NCBI GenBank assembly: GCA_025359805.1
Contig: JANYDU010000046.1
Coordinates: 20,900 to 84,899, forward strand
Source of the DNA: Bacteroidota bacterium
GTDB taxonomy: Bacteria > Bacteroidota > Bacteroidia > UKL13-3
DNA length: 64,000 bases
Direction of reading: 5' to 3'
Part shown: one piece after another, positions 21,511 to 32,937 of the stretch
Layout of the letters: every line of letters begins with the position of its first letter
How positions within the stretch are numbered: position 1 is the first letter of the stretch
Translations under genes and position numbers: made by a program
Notes under the pieces: model-generated
Told to the model about the DNA's origin: nothing
What the model saw: the letters and a program-made list of their open reading frames with translations, nothing else
Databases searched by the model: none

Positions 21511-21627
21511 ATGAAAGTTAGAGCATCTGTAAAAAAACGCAGTGAAGACTGTGTACTTGTTAAACGTAAAGGGAGAATTTACGTTGTAAACAAAAAGAAT
21601 CCAAAATTTAAACAACGTCAAGGATAA
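21511..21627 (+). CDS. rpmJ: 50S ribosomal protein L36
   Basis: Manual translation, 38 aa: [38 protein letters not shown]. Confidence 0.98.
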   Translation: MKVRASVKKRSEDCVLVKRKGRIYVVNKKNPKFKQRQG

Positions 21628-21636
21628 TTAAGAACT

Positions 21637-22014
21637 ATGGCTCGTATATCAGGTATTGATTTACCAAAAAATAAAAGAGGCGTTATTGGCCTAACCTATA
21701 TTTTTGGTATAGGACGTTCAACCGCTGAGAAAATTCTCACCGATAGTGGAATAGATCCTAACAAAAAAGTAAGTGATTGGAATGATGACGAACTGAATAA
21801 AATCAGAAAGTTCATTACTGATGGAATTACAGTTGAAGGTGAACTTCGTTCAGAAAAACAACTAAACATTAAGCGTTTGCTTGATATTGGTTGCTATCGC
21901 GGTTTACGTCACAGAAAAGGACTTCCTGTTCGTGGACAAAGAACCAGAACTAACTCACGTACTCGTAAAGGTAAACGTAAGACAGTTGCAGGTAAGAAAA
22001 AAGTAACTAAGTAA
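21637..22014 (+). CDS. rpsM: 30S ribosomal protein S13
   Basis: [15 protein letters not shown]. Confidence 0.99.
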   Translation: MARISGIDLPKNKRGVIGLTYIFGIGRSTAEKILTDSGIDPNKKVSDWNDDELNKIRKFITDGITVEGELRSEKQLNIKRLLDIGCYRGLRHRKGLPVRGQRTRTNSRTRKGKRKTVAGKKKVTK

Positions 22015-22035
22015 TAATAGCATAACAGTATAACA

Positions 22036-22437
22036 ATGGCTACAAATTCACCAGGTGCAAAAAAAACTAACAAGAAAAAAACCGTTGCAATTGATGCAAT
22101 CGGAGAAGTGCACATAAAAGCTAGTTTTAATAATATCATTATTTCAATTACTAACTCAACAGGACAAGTTATATCTTGGGCTTCTGCCGGTAAAATGGGT
22201 TTCAGAGGATCAAAGAAAAATACACCTTATGCTGCGCAACTAGCGGCATCAGATTGTGCTAAAGTTGCAGTTGATTTAGGATTGAAAAAAGTGGACGTGT
22301 TTGTTAAAGGTCCAGGATCAGGAAGAGATTCTTGTATCAGAACTTTAGCAGCAGCAGGTTTAGATGTTATGTCTATTAAGGATATTACACCAATGCCTCA
22401 TAATGGCTGTCGTCCTCCTAAAAAGAGAAGAGTTTAA
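22036..22437 (+). CDS. rpsK: 30S ribosomal protein S11
   Basis: [24 protein letters not shown]. Confidence 0.99.
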   Translation: MATNSPGAKKTNKKKTVAIDAIGEVHIKASFNNIIISITNSTGQVISWASAGKMGFRGSKKNTPYAAQLAASDCAKVAVDLGLKKVDVFVKGPGSGRDSCIRTLAAAGLDVMSIKDITPMPHNGCRPPKKRRV

Positions 22438-22467
22438 TTTTTTATTTACGCATTACCATACAATACA

Positions 22468-23076
22468 ATGGCTAGATATATAGGACCCAAAACCAAAATT
22501 GCTCGTAAATTTAGAGAGGCTATTTTTGGTGCTGACAAAGCTTTCGAGAAAAGAAGTTATCCTCCTGGACAACACGGACAAGCTCGCAAAAGAAGCAAAC
22601 CGACTGAGTATGCTATTCAGTTATTTGAAAAACAAAAAGCTAAATATACTTATGGTATTTTAGAGCGTCAGTTTTATAAAACATTTGAAGAAGCAGCTCG
22701 TAAAAGAGGTATTACTGGTGAAAATTTGCTTAAGTTTTTAGAAGCTCGATTGGATAATACTGTTTTTCGTATGGGAATTGCTCCTACTCGTAGTGCAGCT
22801 CGTCAGGTTGTTTCACATTGCCACATTACTGTTAATGGTAAAATTGTGAACATTGCTTCATATACTTTAAAACCAGGAGATATTGTTGCAGTAAGAGAAA
22901 AAGCAAAAACTCTTGAAATGATAAATGATTCATTAGCTCATTCAAATGCTAAAAGATATAATTGGATTAGCTGGGATGATAAAGCCATGAGTGGAACATT
23001 TTTGGCCATGCCAGAAAGAGATCAAATTCCTGAAAACATTAAGGAACAATTGATCGTTGAGTTATATTCTAAATAA
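22468..23076 (+). CDS. rpsD: 30S ribosomal protein S4
   Basis: MARYIGP, PPGQHG, LEARLDN, IVELYSK. Confidence 0.99.
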   Translation: MARYIGPKTKIARKFREAIFGADKAFEKRSYPPGQHGQARKRSKPTEYAIQLFEKQKAKYTYGILERQFYKTFEEAARKRGITGENLLKFLEARLDNTVFRMGIAPTRSAARQVVSHCHITVNGKIVNIASYTLKPGDIVAVREKAKTLEMINDSLAHSNAKRYNWISWDDKAMSGTFLAMPERDQIPENIKEQLIVELYSK

Positions 23077-23106
23077 TAATAATTAATTAATTTTTAAAAG
23101 CATACT

Positions 23107-24099
23107 ATGTCAATACTCGCTTTTCAGAAACCGGATAAAGTTATCATGCATAAAGATACTGACTTCTATGGTCAGTTTGAATTCCGTCCTCTTGAAAAAG
23201 GATACGGTGTTACAATCGGAAATGCATTAAGAAGAATCCTCCTTTCATCATTGGAAGGTTATGCAATTACATCAATCAAAATTTCTGGGGTTGAACATGA
23301 GTTCTCCACCATTAAAGGAGTTATTGAAGATGTAACTGAAATCGTTCTTAACCTAAAACAAGTTCGCTTTAAGCGAGTAATGGATGGCGTTGATAATGAA
23401 AAAATCTTCATCAATGTAAAAGGACAAGAGCAATTTACTGCAGGTGAAATTGGTAAGCATACTAATGCTTTCAAAATTTTGAATCCTGATTTGGTAATTT
23501 GTAACATGGATCCAAAAGTTCAGTTAGAAATTGAATTAACTGTTGATAAAGGAAGAGGATATGTTCCTGCTGAAGAAAATAAACCTAAAGATGCAGTTGT
23601 TGGAGTTATTGCAATTGATGCAATTTACACACCCATCAAAAATGTAAAATTTAGCGTTGAAGATTACCGTGTTGAACAAAAAACTGATTATGAAAAATTG
23701 GTTATTGAAATTTCAACTGATGGATCTATTCACCCTGAAGATGCGTTGAAAGAAGCAGCTAAAATTCTTATCCAACATTTTATGTTATTCTCTGATGAGT
23801 TAATTACACTTGATACTCAAGTAAAAGAAGCTCCGCAAGAAGTAGATGAGAATTTATTACATATCCGCAAAATATTAAAAACGCCATTATCAGATCTTGA
23901 TCTTTCAGTACGTGCATACAATTGCTTAAAAGCGGCTGATATTAAATCATTATCGGAATTAGTAAGTTATGATATTGCTGATTTATTGAAGTTCCGTAAT
24001 TTTGGTAAAAAATCACTTTCGGAATTGGAAGAATTAGTGAGAGATAAAGGACTTACTTTTGGAATGGAAGTATCAAAATATAAATTGAACGAAGAATAA
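23107..24099 (+). CDS. rpoA: RNA polymerase alpha subunit
   Basis: [37 protein letters not shown]. Confidence 0.99.
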   Translation: MSILAFQKPDKVIMHKDTDFYGQFEFRPLEKGYGVTIGNALRRILLSSLEGYAITSIKISGVEHEFSTIKGVIEDVTEIVLNLKQVRFKRVMDGVDNEKIFINVKGQEQFTAGEIGKHTNAFKILNPDLVICNMDPKVQLEIELTVDKGRGYVPAEENKPKDAVVGVIAIDAIYTPIKNVKFSVEDYRVEQKTDYEKLVIEISTDGSIHPEDALKEAAKILIQHFMLFSDELITLDTQVKEAPQEVDENLLHIRKILKTPLSDLDLSVRAYNCLKAADIKSLSELVSYDIADLLKFRNFGKKSLSELEELVRDKGLTFGMEVSKYKLNEE

Positions 24100-24182
24100 T
24101 AACAGTGCAAAGTTATTTAGTGCTCAGTGCTTAGATTAATCAAGGTACTAAGTGTTAATACCAAAGCATTAATAAGAATAAA

Positions 24183-24665
24183 ATGAGACACGGGAAAAAA
24201 TTTAATCATTTAAGTAGAACAGCTGCTCACAGAAGTTCGATGTTGGCGAACATGGCGTCATCACTTATTTTGCATAAAAGAATTACAACTACTTTGGCTA
24301 AAGCTAAGGCTTTAAGAATGTATGTTGAGCCTATTCTTACTAAAGGGAAAGCCGATAATACAAATTCGCGCAGAGTAGTTTTTAGTTATCTTCAAAACAA
24401 AGAATCTATTAAAGAACTTTTTGGTCCAATAGCTCAAAAAATTGCAGATAGACCAGGTGGATATACTAGAATTTTAAAATTGTCAAACCGTAAAGGTGAT
24501 AATGCAGAAATGGCAATTATGGAATTGGTTGATTACAACGAAAACTTGTTAAAAGATACTTCAAGCAAAACTGCTAAGAAAACAACAAGAAGAGGACGCA
24601 AGCCAGCTGTACCAAAAGCAGAAGCTCCTGCATCAAATCCTGTTGCTGAAGAGACAGCAGAATAA
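24183..24665 (+). CDS. rplQ: 50S ribosomal protein L17
   Basis: [13 protein letters not shown]. Confidence 0.99.
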   Translation: MRHGKKFNHLSRTAAHRSSMLANMASSLILHKRITTTLAKAKALRMYVEPILTKGKADNTNSRRVVFSYLQNKESIKELFGPIAQKIADRPGGYTRILKLSNRKGDNAEMAIMELVDYNENLLKDTSSKTAKKTTRRGRKPAVPKAEAPASNPVAEETAE

Positions 24666-24684
24666 TTTCTAAAAAATCATTTTT

Positions 24685-24723
24685 AAAAACGGCTATTTCA
24701 AATTGAAGTAGCCGTTTTTGTTT
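24685..24723 (+). terminator. Intrinsic terminator of the ribosomal supercluster
   Basis: AAAAACGGCTATTTCAA-A-TTGAAGTAGCCGTTTTT hairpin with a T-tract directly after rplQ. Confidence 0.85.
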
Positions 24724-24749
24724 GTAATACATTTTACTAATTTGGCAAT

Positions 24750-25322
24750 ATGATTATTCATCAAAACACATTAATTTCACAAGACATTCTTGAAAAGAAT
24801 TTTATCTGTAACCTCAATAAATGTAAAGGTGCTTGTTGTGTAGAAGGTGAGTTTGGTGCTCCAATTACAAAAGATGAAATCAACATACTTGAACAGGAAA
24901 TTAAACATATCAAACCCTTTTTAAGTGAAAAAGGAATTACCGTAATTGAAGAAAAAGGTGTTTGGGAAAAAGATACTGATGGTGATTTGGTTACGACCTG
25001 TTTACCAAGTGGTGAGTGTAACTTTAGTATCTATGAAAATGGCATTTTAGGATGTGGAATTGAAAAGGCTTGGAAAGAAGGAAAAACGTATTTTAGAAAA
25101 CCCATTTCATGTCACCTCTATCCTATTCGAATTTCTAAAGTTGGAGATTATGAGGCGCTCAATTATAATAAATGGAATATATGCAAGCCTGCATGTACGT
25201 TAGGAAATAAACAGCAAGTTCCTATTTATAAATTTTTAAAAGAAGCACTTATTAGAAATTATGGCGAAGACTGGTACACTGAGTTAGATGAAATTGCTAA
25301 TGCGTATTTAAAGGAATTATAA
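24750..25322 (+). CDS. DUF3109 family Cys-rich protein
   Basis: FICNLNKCKGACCVEG, KPISCHLYPIR. Confidence 0.85.
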   Translation: MIIHQNTLISQDILEKNFICNLNKCKGACCVEGEFGAPITKDEINILEQEIKHIKPFLSEKGITVIEEKGVWEKDTDGDLVTTCLPSGECNFSIYENGILGCGIEKAWKEGKTYFRKPISCHLYPIRISKVGDYEALNYNKWNICKPACTLGNKQQVPIYKFLKEALIRNYGEDWYTELDEIANAYLKEL

Positions 25323-25333
25323 AAAAAATTAAA

Positions 25334-25936
25334 TCAAATTTCTAAACTAAGTTGGTCATTTAATAAGGTAAAACTCATACGGTGATAAATTGTGGCACCA
25401 AACTTTCTTATTCCATCGCGATGATCTAATGTTGGATATCCTTTGTTTTTATTCCAATGATATTGCGGGAATTCTTCATCCAATTTCATCATATATTCAT
25501 CTCGATAAGTTTTAGCTAAAATAGAAGCAGCCGCAATACTTTGATATTTTGAATCGCCTTTTATAATGCACTCATGCTTAATTTTTTTGTAAGGAATAAA
25601 TCTATTTCCGTCTATTAATAGCAACTCAGGTTGGCTTCCTAATTTTTCAATAGCAGCGTGCATGGCCATAAATGAAGCTTTTAAAATATTGTGCTTGTCA
25701 ATTTCCAGATTGCTTAACATGGCCACTCCAAAACTCAATGCTCTTTCTTCAATTTCAATTCTCAATGCGCTACGTTTTTTTTCACTTAGTTTTTTTGAAT
25801 CATCTAAGCCCGAAATTGGATTTTTTATATCTAAAATTACTGCTGCAGCAAAAACTGGTCCTGCTAAACATCCTCTTCCAGCTTCATCACAACCAGCCTC
25901 AATAATTCCTTTTTTATAATAGCGTTTAAGTCCCAT
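25334..25936 (-). CDS. rnhB: Ribonuclease HII
   Basis: GCDEAGRG, DDSKKL, IAAASILAK, NKGYPT. Confidence 0.97.
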   Translation of the reverse strand: MGLKRYYKKGIIEAGCDEAGRGCLAGPVFAAAVILDIKNPISGLDDSKKLSEKKRSALRIEIEERALSFGVAMLSNLEIDKHNILKASFMAMHAAIEKLGSQPELLLIDGNRFIPYKKIKHECIIKGDSKYQSIAAASILAKTYRDEYMMKLDEEFPQYHWNKNKGYPTLDHRDGIRKFGATIYHRMSFTLLNDQLSLEI

Positions 25937-25937
25937 C

Positions 25938-26981
25938 TCAAATATTTGTGTTCGATGAAATTAGTAATTCAATTTTATTAATTACCTCATTCAATTGAAT
26001 TCTATTTATACAAGGATTTTCGGAATGCACACAATGAATTTGATCACAAGGATTGCATTCCAAAACATGGTGTAAATAAGATGAATTTTTACTCCATGGA
26101 TAAAATACAAATGGCTCTCCTGGCCCATATAATCCTAATGTTGATGCTCCGGAAACTGCTGCAATATGTAATGGACCACTTTCATTTCCAACATAAATAG
26201 TTGCCTTTGAAACCAATGCTGCAAACTCAGCAAGATTAAATTTACCTGCAACATTATAAGTGTTAAATAAAAGTTTTTGTTGGATAGTTTCAATTTCTTC
26301 AATATCATTTTTATCGCCAATAAAAATTACTTTCATATTTTTTTGTTGATGAAGATATGTTGCCAACAAATCATATTTATCCCATTTACGAAGTTCCTTT
26401 CTTGCACCTACATGTATGATTGAAAATGAAAGAATTTGATTAGTTTGAATAAAGGAGTCAGCTTTATTTAATTCATCAAAACCAAAATAAATTTCAGGTT
26501 GAGTACTTTGATTTTCTTTACTGATAATGGGCTCAACAATTTGTAAATTGGTAATTACTTCATGCGGATGGTTGCCTTTATTTTTCCATCTTACAGTTCC
26601 TCTATCAAGTCTTGCTTTAGGCCAAAATTTTAAAGCGAAAAATATAGATTTCCAACTACCACGTAGATCAACAATTAAATCATAGCTACATTTAACATCT
26701 TTCCAATTACTTGTTGTTACATTTATATTAGGATCATCTTGTGTGAGTGATAAAGCAAATGGATTACAAAGCAAAGTAATATGACTATTAGGATATTGTT
26801 TTTTGAGCATTTTAAATACATGCAATGAATAACACAAATCTCCAATCTCATCTAACTTGATACAAAGAATATTGGCAAATTCTATATTACGCAAATCTTT
26901 TTTACCATTGATTAGATGACTTAAAAGAGATGAAAAAAAATATACCAATTTTTCAGGCAGTGTTTGAATAAATTTTCGCAT
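25938..26981 (-). CDS. Glycosyltransferase family 9 (LPS core heptosyltransferase-like)
   Basis: LDEIGD, NESGPLHIAA, CNPC...C motifs. Confidence 0.85.
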   Translation of the reverse strand: MRKFIQTLPEKLVYFFSSLLSHLINGKKDLRNIEFANILCIKLDEIGDLCYSLHVFKMLKKQYPNSHITLLCNPFALSLTQDDPNINVTTSNWKDVKCSYDLIVDLRGSWKSIFFALKFWPKARLDRGTVRWKNKGNHPHEVITNLQIVEPIISKENQSTQPEIYFGFDELNKADSFIQTNQILSFSIIHVGARKELRKWDKYDLLATYLHQQKNMKVIFIGDKNDIEEIETIQQKLLFNTYNVAGKFNLAEFAALVSKATIYVGNESGPLHIAAVSGASTLGLYGPGEPFVFYPWSKNSSYLHHVLECNPCDQIHCVHSENPCINRIQLNEVINKIELLISSNTNI

Positions 26982-27039
26982 GTGATGTGCAATGATACGA
27001 AGTTGAATTTAATGTTTATTTTTATCGCAGAAAAAACTC

Positions 27040-28485
27040 ATGCAAAAAAAATTTTTAGTCAATATTTTTATTCTACTTGCTGTTAATATTCTAATTAAAC
27101 CTTTTTGGATTTTAGGGATTGATAGATTAATTCAAAACACAGTAGGAAATGAACAATATGGAGTTTATGCTAATCTATTTGCATTTTCTCTCTTATTTGT
27201 GATGCTATTAGATTTTGGAATCAATAATTTTAGTAGCACCTCTGTAGCCAAAAACCATAGCATTATTAGCAAACAATTTTCTTCATTAGTTCCGTTAAAA
27301 ATTTTATTTTCATTCGCATATCTAATTGTTACAACATGTGTTGGAATGATTTATGGATTTTCATCACATCAACTTTGGTTACTATTTATGATGTCGTTTA
27401 ATCAAATACTTTCATTTTTTATTTTGTATTTTAGGAGTAATATAAGCGGATTACAATTGTTTAAAACAGATTCATTGCTATCAGTAGTTGATAGAACCTT
27501 GATGATTATTTTTTGCGGTTTAATGATATGGGCAGCCTTTGCAGAAGTAAATATTGAACATTTTATTTATGCTCAAACATTAGGTTATATAATGGCTATG
27601 CTTATCAGTTTTTATGTGCTTAAACCATATCTCGAAACTATCAAATTTACTATTGATACAAAAGTGTTTATTGCGTTGATAAAGCAGGCCTATCCATTTG
27701 CCGTAATTGCATTATTGATGACGTTATATACCCGTGTAGATATTATTCTTATAAAAAAAATATTTATTACTGGAGATATTGAAAATGGCATTTACGCAAA
27801 AGCAAATAGATTATTAGAAGCCAGTAATATGATGGCGGTAATGGTAAGTGGAATGTTGCTACCCATGTTTGCAAAAATGTTAAACCAAAAAGAGGAATTG
27901 CAACAACTTGTTAAAATGAGTATGGCTATTTTGATAGCTCCTGCTATTATGCTTTCTGTATTTTGTAGCATCTATAAAACAGAAATTATGGAACTATTAT
28001 ACCATCAAAACAATCCGTATGCTTCGGATGTGTTTGGTATTGTAATATTCACTTTTATCCCAATATGTGTTACGTATATTTTTGGAACATTGCTTACGGC
28101 AAATTCAAATCTAAAAATTGTAAGTTTAATTGCTCTTGTAGCGGTGGTTGTAAATATGGCAATCAATCTATTTATTATCCCAAGTAAAGGAGCTTTTGGA
28201 GCCGCAATTGCAGCATTAATAACTCAATCATTTGCAGCCATTTTATTTTTTGTTTTCGCACAAAAAAAACTCAAGCTTCAATTAACATATTTTAATGTGT
28301 TACAATTTGTATTGTTTGCAATTATTTTTGTAACATCAATATTGTTTATGCATCAATCAAAAATAAATTTATTTATCTCAATTATTATTAGTGGATTATC
28401 AGGAGTAACTTTATTATTTGTTTTCAGAATACTAAAATATAGTTCATTGGTAAAATTAGCTTCCAATAATTTGAAGGGAGCATAA
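27040..28485 (+). CDS. Wzx-like oligosaccharide flippase
   Basis: LLDFG, YTRVD, GAFGAAIA; many TM helices. Confidence 0.85.
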   Translation: MQKKFLVNIFILLAVNILIKPFWILGIDRLIQNTVGNEQYGVYANLFAFSLLFVMLLDFGINNFSSTSVAKNHSIISKQFSSLVPLKILFSFAYLIVTTCVGMIYGFSSHQLWLLFMMSFNQILSFFILYFRSNISGLQLFKTDSLLSVVDRTLMIIFCGLMIWAAFAEVNIEHFIYAQTLGYIMAMLISFYVLKPYLETIKFTIDTKVFIALIKQAYPFAVIALLMTLYTRVDIILIKKIFITGDIENGIYAKANRLLEASNMMAVMVSGMLLPMFAKMLNQKEELQQLVKMSMAILIAPAIMLSVFCSIYKTEIMELLYHQNNPYASDVFGIVIFTFIPICVTYIFGTLLTANSNLKIVSLIALVAVVVNMAINLFIIPSKGAFGAAIAALITQSFAAILFFVFAQKKLKLQLTYFNVLQFVLFAIIFVTSILFMHQSKINLFISIIISGLSGVTLLFVFRILKYSSLVKLASNNLKGA

Positions 28486-28528
28486 GTTTGATAGCGTGTA
28501 TTTTTTCCTATTTTTGCCCAAAATAAGT

Positions 28529-29524
28529 ATGATGAATAAGAAAAAGAAACATTACAATTTTGAATTTATGGAGGTGATTGCCTTTTTGTTAAAATGGAAA
28601 AATCATCTATTCATTATCACTATTTTGGCAGCAGTTATAGCCGCAATCATTTCAAGTCCAATTTTCATTACTCCTAAATTTAAATCAAAGGCTTTATTTT
28701 ATCCAAGCACAACTAATTCTATTTCATCGGAATTGTTTTATGGCAATAAGGATAAAGCTAAAGATCCATTAATGTTTGGTGATGAAGAAATTGACGAGCA
28801 ATACATGCAGTTGCTTGAATCAGGTAATTTAAAATCCAAAATAATGGCTCAATTTAATTTAATGGAACATTATAAAATTGATCAAAATCGTTTAGATAAA
28901 TATGCTGCCTTAGGCAATAAATATGCGAGTAATATAAAAACCAGACGTACCAATTATAACTCCATTGAAATTGAAGTATTAGATGAAGACCCAAAAATGG
29001 CTGCAGATATTGCAAACGGAATCATGTCTAATGTTGATACTGTTAAAAATGAAATTCAAGGACGATTAGCTAAGCAAGTTTTTACAATTGTGGAAGAACA
29101 ATATAATAACAAATTAGCATATGTTGATTCTTTAAAATTAAGAATGAAAATACTTGGTGTAAGAGGTGTATATATTGGCATAAAAGGAATTTATGGTTCG
29201 CCTCAATCAAAAGTTGAAGCTGGTCAAAGCAATAGTAATATATCAGAAAACGGAGCTGAATATGTTGCATTAGAAGAAGAATTGAAATATGAAGTAGAAC
29301 ACCTTACTGATTTACGTTTAAAATATGAACAAGCAAAAGTTGACATGGATACAAAACTTAGTCATGTATTCGTTATCGAATACGCGTCACCTGCCGAAGG
29401 GAAAGCGTATCCAATAAGGTCAATTATTATTATCATATCTTGCTTAATTTCATTTGTAATGGCTTGTATTGTTCTTATTGCTATCGAAAAATATAATCAA
29501 TATAAAAATAATTTAACCGTTTAA
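28529..29524 (+). CDS. Wzz-like polysaccharide chain-length determinant
   Basis: Two terminal TM segments, coiled-coil periplasmic region, A-SP-AEGKAYPIR. A TATTTTTG box at 28509-28516 favours ATG 28529 over GTG 28496. Confidence 0.8.
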   Translation: MMNKKKKHYNFEFMEVIAFLLKWKNHLFIITILAAVIAAIISSPIFITPKFKSKALFYPSTTNSISSELFYGNKDKAKDPLMFGDEEIDEQYMQLLESGNLKSKIMAQFNLMEHYKIDQNRLDKYAALGNKYASNIKTRRTNYNSIEIEVLDEDPKMAADIANGIMSNVDTVKNEIQGRLAKQVFTIVEEQYNNKLAYVDSLKLRMKILGVRGVYIGIKGIYGSPQSKVEAGQSNSNISENGAEYVALEEELKYEVEHLTDLRLKYEQAKVDMDTKLSHVFVIEYASPAEGKAYPIRSIIIIISCLISFVMACIVLIAIEKYNQYKNNLTV

Positions 29525-29528
29525 TATC

Positions 29529-30962
29529 TTGTCCGAAGCGATTAAAGTACGTTGGTTTTATTTTATCTCTATTGCTTTTGTCTTAACCAATTCAATTGCA
29601 ATCATATTTGATTTTCCTTGGTTTGGATTATTGCCATTTATTCTCATTCTAGTTTTAGTACTTATTTTTAAGCTTGATACAATACTTCTACTTTTAGTAT
29701 TTTTAGTCCCTTTATCAATCAATATTGATGATGTAGGATTTGGATTGGGAATTAGTCTTCCTGATGAACCATTTATTATTGGGATTATGTGTTTGGCAAT
29801 TTTTAAATATTGCATAGATTCAGAATATGATTACAAAGTATTTAAACATCCTATCACAATAGCACTTCTTATCAATTTATTATGGCTACTTATTACAACC
29901 ATTACAAGTGAATACCCTTTGGTTTCTATAAAATATTTTTTATCAAGATTTTGGTATGAAGTGGTTTTTTATTTTTTAGGAATAATGCTTTTTAGACGTT
30001 TCAAAAATATTACAAAATATTACTGGCTTTATATGACTTCATTATTTGGTGTAGTCATATTTACCCTCATCAAACATAGTAAATATAATTTTTCACTCGG
30101 CAGATCATATACTGTAATTGAACCCTTTTTTAGAGATCATGGCGTTTATGCTGCTACGTTAAGTTTATTAATTCCTTTATTAGTTTGCTATATCTTATTT
30201 TACAGAAAAATGGGATTGAATTTATTAGGATTAGGACTTTCAGTTTTATTATTAGTAGTATTTTTATTTGGCATCTATTATTCTTATACACGTGCAGCAT
30301 GGATTGGGGTAATGGCAGCAGCATGTTTTACTATCCCATTATTACTTCGGATTAAATTTAATACATTAATCATTATTGCATTTTCATTTGCATCTTTTGT
30401 GTTTGTGTTTCAAAATCAGATTGTGTATTTGTTATCAAAAAATCAGCAAAAATCAGCCGATGGGTTTACTAACCATTTTCAATCCATTTCTAATATAAAA
30501 ACAGATCCATCCAATACAGAAAGAATCAATCGTTGGGTTTCGGCTATTAATATGTTTGAGAAAAAACCAATTTTAGGATTTGGTCCCGGTACCTATTCTT
30601 TTTGTTACGCTCCATTTCAAAAATCTCAATACCTAACAGAAATAAGCACAAATTTTGGTGATGGAGGAAATGCACATAGTGAATATTTGAATCCATTGGC
30701 CGAAACAGGAGTATTTGGTTTACTCACTTATCTAATACTTATTTACTTTGTTTTTAGTACCGGTTTTAGGCTTTATTACACTGCTCCCAAATTTAAAGTT
30801 CAAATCATTAGCATTAGCATCCTCTTAGGATTTGCGACTTATTTTGTTCACGGATTTTTAAACAATTATATAGAATCGGATAAAATAGCTGCTCTATTTT
30901 GGGGAGGATTTGGTGTATTAACCGCACTCGATATTTATCATAATAAACAACCCATTGAATGA
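29529..30962 (+). CDS. O-antigen ligase/polymerase (Wzy_C / WaaL family) protein
   Basis: SYTRAAW, SNTERINRW, GFGPG, AHSEYL motifs. Confidence 0.85.
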   Translation: MSEAIKVRWFYFISIAFVLTNSIAIIFDFPWFGLLPFILILVLVLIFKLDTILLLLVFLVPLSINIDDVGFGLGISLPDEPFIIGIMCLAIFKYCIDSEYDYKVFKHPITIALLINLLWLLITTITSEYPLVSIKYFLSRFWYEVVFYFLGIMLFRRFKNITKYYWLYMTSLFGVVIFTLIKHSKYNFSLGRSYTVIEPFFRDHGVYAATLSLLIPLLVCYILFYRKMGLNLLGLGLSVLLLVVFLFGIYYSYTRAAWIGVMAAACFTIPLLLRIKFNTLIIIAFSFASFVFVFQNQIVYLLSKNQQKSADGFTNHFQSISNIKTDPSNTERINRWVSAINMFEKKPILGFGPGTYSFCYAPFQKSQYLTEISTNFGDGGNAHSEYLNPLAETGVFGLLTYLILIYFVFSTGFRLYYTAPKFKVQIISISILLGFATYFVHGFLNNYIESDKIAALFWGGFGVLTALDIYHNKQPIE

Positions 30963-30963
30963 A

Positions 30964-32190
30964 TTAAGCATGAGCTGCAATCAATAAATCAATATCTTTA
31001 TGGTAAATATTTAGCCTTTTGCCAATATGTTTGTTAGTAAGATTGCCTTTATAAATATATACCCCATTTCTTACCGGTTGATTTTCCCAAATAAAGTTAC
31101 CTATAGTTCCAGCCTCAGCAATATCAAGTAAAAGCGGAGTAAGAATATTACTCAAGGCATAACTAGCAGTTCTACAAACACGTGATGTAATATTAGGAAC
31201 ACAATAATGAACAACATCATGTTTTGTAAAAGTAGGTTTGTTATGACCCGTTAATTCACTCGTTTCAAAACACCCACCTTGGTCAATACAAATATCAACA
31301 ATGATAGAAAGAGGCTTCATTTTAGTAACCATTTCCTCAGAAACAACCGTTGGACTTCTCCCGTCTTCACTCCATAAACAGCCAATAGCTACATCTGCCG
31401 TTTGCAAAGCTTTTTGTAATATTTTAGGGTGAAGTAAAGAAGTAAATATTTTTACCCCTAAATTATTTTGAAGCCTACGTAATTTTTCTAACGAATTATC
31501 AAATATTTTAACACTTGCCCCCACACCTAAAGCTGCTCTAGCAGCATACTCACCAACAGTTCCGGCTCCAATAATAACAATTTCTGTAGGAGGAATTCCT
31601 GTAACTCCTCCAAGCATTTCACCCTTTCCTCCACGTGTAGAACACAAATATTCAGAAGCAACCGAAATAGCCGAAGTACCTGCAATTTCACTCATGCTGC
31701 GCACAATCGGATATATTCCATCTGTTGATTTTAAAAACTCAAAAGCAATGGCTGTAATTTTTTTATCCATTAACGAGCGGATATATTTATCAGATTTGCT
31801 ATTTAGTTGTATGGCAGAGATAAGTAACTGTTTGGCCTGCAAATAATTAATCTCTTCTTCACTCGGTGGTTCCACTTTAACAATAATATCCGCTTTGTAA
31901 ACTTCCTCTTTACTATAACAAATTCGGGCGCCTGCTTCACTATAATCCTTATCAGAAAACTTAGCTTCTTTACCAGCTCCTGTTTCAATCCAAACTTCGT
32001 TGCCATTATTTACAAGCAAATTTACCGATGAAGGGGTGATAGCCACTCGATGTTCTTGTAGCGTGGTTTCTTTCGGAACACCTATGTATAAAGTTTGCTT
32101 AGGCTTTTTAGTATCTAATAAAGCCTCTTTGGGTTGTAATGTTGCCTGACGAGCAAGTTCTGTAAATCCAGATTTGGAAATTTCTTCCAT
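30964..32190 (-). CDS. ald: Alanine dehydrogenase (AlaDh/PNT family)
   Basis: GVPKE..EHRV, MSEIAG, IGAGTVG, DQGGCFETS, HYCVPNI. TAACTTTG box on the minus strand at 32212-32219. Confidence 0.88.
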   Translation of the reverse strand: MEEISKSGFTELARQATLQPKEALLDTKKPKQTLYIGVPKETTLQEHRVAITPSSVNLLVNNGNEVWIETGAGKEAKFSDKDYSEAGARICYSKEEVYKADIIVKVEPPSEEEINYLQAKQLLISAIQLNSKSDKYIRSLMDKKITAIAFEFLKSTDGIYPIVRSMSEIAGTSAISVASEYLCSTRGGKGEMLGGVTGIPPTEIVIIGAGTVGEYAARAALGVGASVKIFDNSLEKLRRLQNNLGVKIFTSLLHPKILQKALQTADVAIGCLWSEDGRSPTVVSEEMVTKMKPLSIIVDICIDQGGCFETSELTGHNKPTFTKHDVVHYCVPNITSRVCRTASYALSNILTPLLLDIAEAGTIGNFIWENQPVRNGVYIYKGNLTNKHIGKRLNIYHKDIDLLIAAHA

Positions 32191-32387
32191 CTAAAGTAGT
32201 TTTTGTTTCACCAAAGTTATTCAACTGAAACCATTAATCAAAAAGAGAGTTCTTCACATTTTATATTTAGAGTTTTATTAAGCTGACATTGAATTTTGAA
32301 AGATTATGAAATAAAAATTAACGTAATTAATTGCGACTTAAAAATTTTTCAGATAATCGTTTATCTTTGCCAGCTTTGAGTAAGGAT

Positions 32388-32912
32388 TTGAAATCAAAAG
32401 ATTATATCATAGAATTTACTAAGCTCGTAAAAGGAGCCAATGAATTCACATTTGTGATTGATGATAAATTTCTTACCCAATTTGAAGGTGAACATCCTTT
32501 GCATGCTGATGTAAAAGTTAATATGCAGTTGGTAAAAACCGAAATGATGCACAATCTTCATTTTGATTTTACTGGATATGCAACCTTGGAGTGTGATGTT
32601 TGTTTAAATGAATTTTTAATGCCCATCAAAAATCATTTTCATTTGATAATGAGAATTAGTGAGATGGAAAATTATAGTGATGATGAAATTATATACATCA
32701 CACCGAAGTTGTTGGAGTTTGACTTAACCCAGTATTTGTTTGATAGCTTCATGTTATCATTACCCATAAAAAAAACATGTAACTTGGGTAATAAAGATTG
32801 TAATGCTGAAGTATTGAGAAAACTCGAAGAGATGAGAGCTATTGATAATACTGAGAAAGAAGAAAACATTGATCCCCGTTGGGATAAACTAAAAGGAATA
32901 TTTAATAATTAA
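32388..32912 (+). CDS. yceD: YceD/DUF177 family protein
   Basis: CDVC, DPRWDKL; directly upstream of rpmF. A TATCTTTG box at 32362-32369 implies a TTG start at 32376 or 32388 rather than 32331. Confidence 0.88.
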   Translation: MKSKDYIIEFTKLVKGANEFTFVIDDKFLTQFEGEHPLHADVKVNMQLVKTEMMHNLHFDFTGYATLECDVCLNEFLMPIKNHFHLIMRISEMENYSDDEIIYITPKLLEFDLTQYLFDSFMLSLPIKKTCNLGNKDCNAEVLRKLEEMRAIDNTEKEENIDPRWDKLKGIFNN

Positions 32913-32937
32913 TAAAACGTTTAAATAATTTAATACT

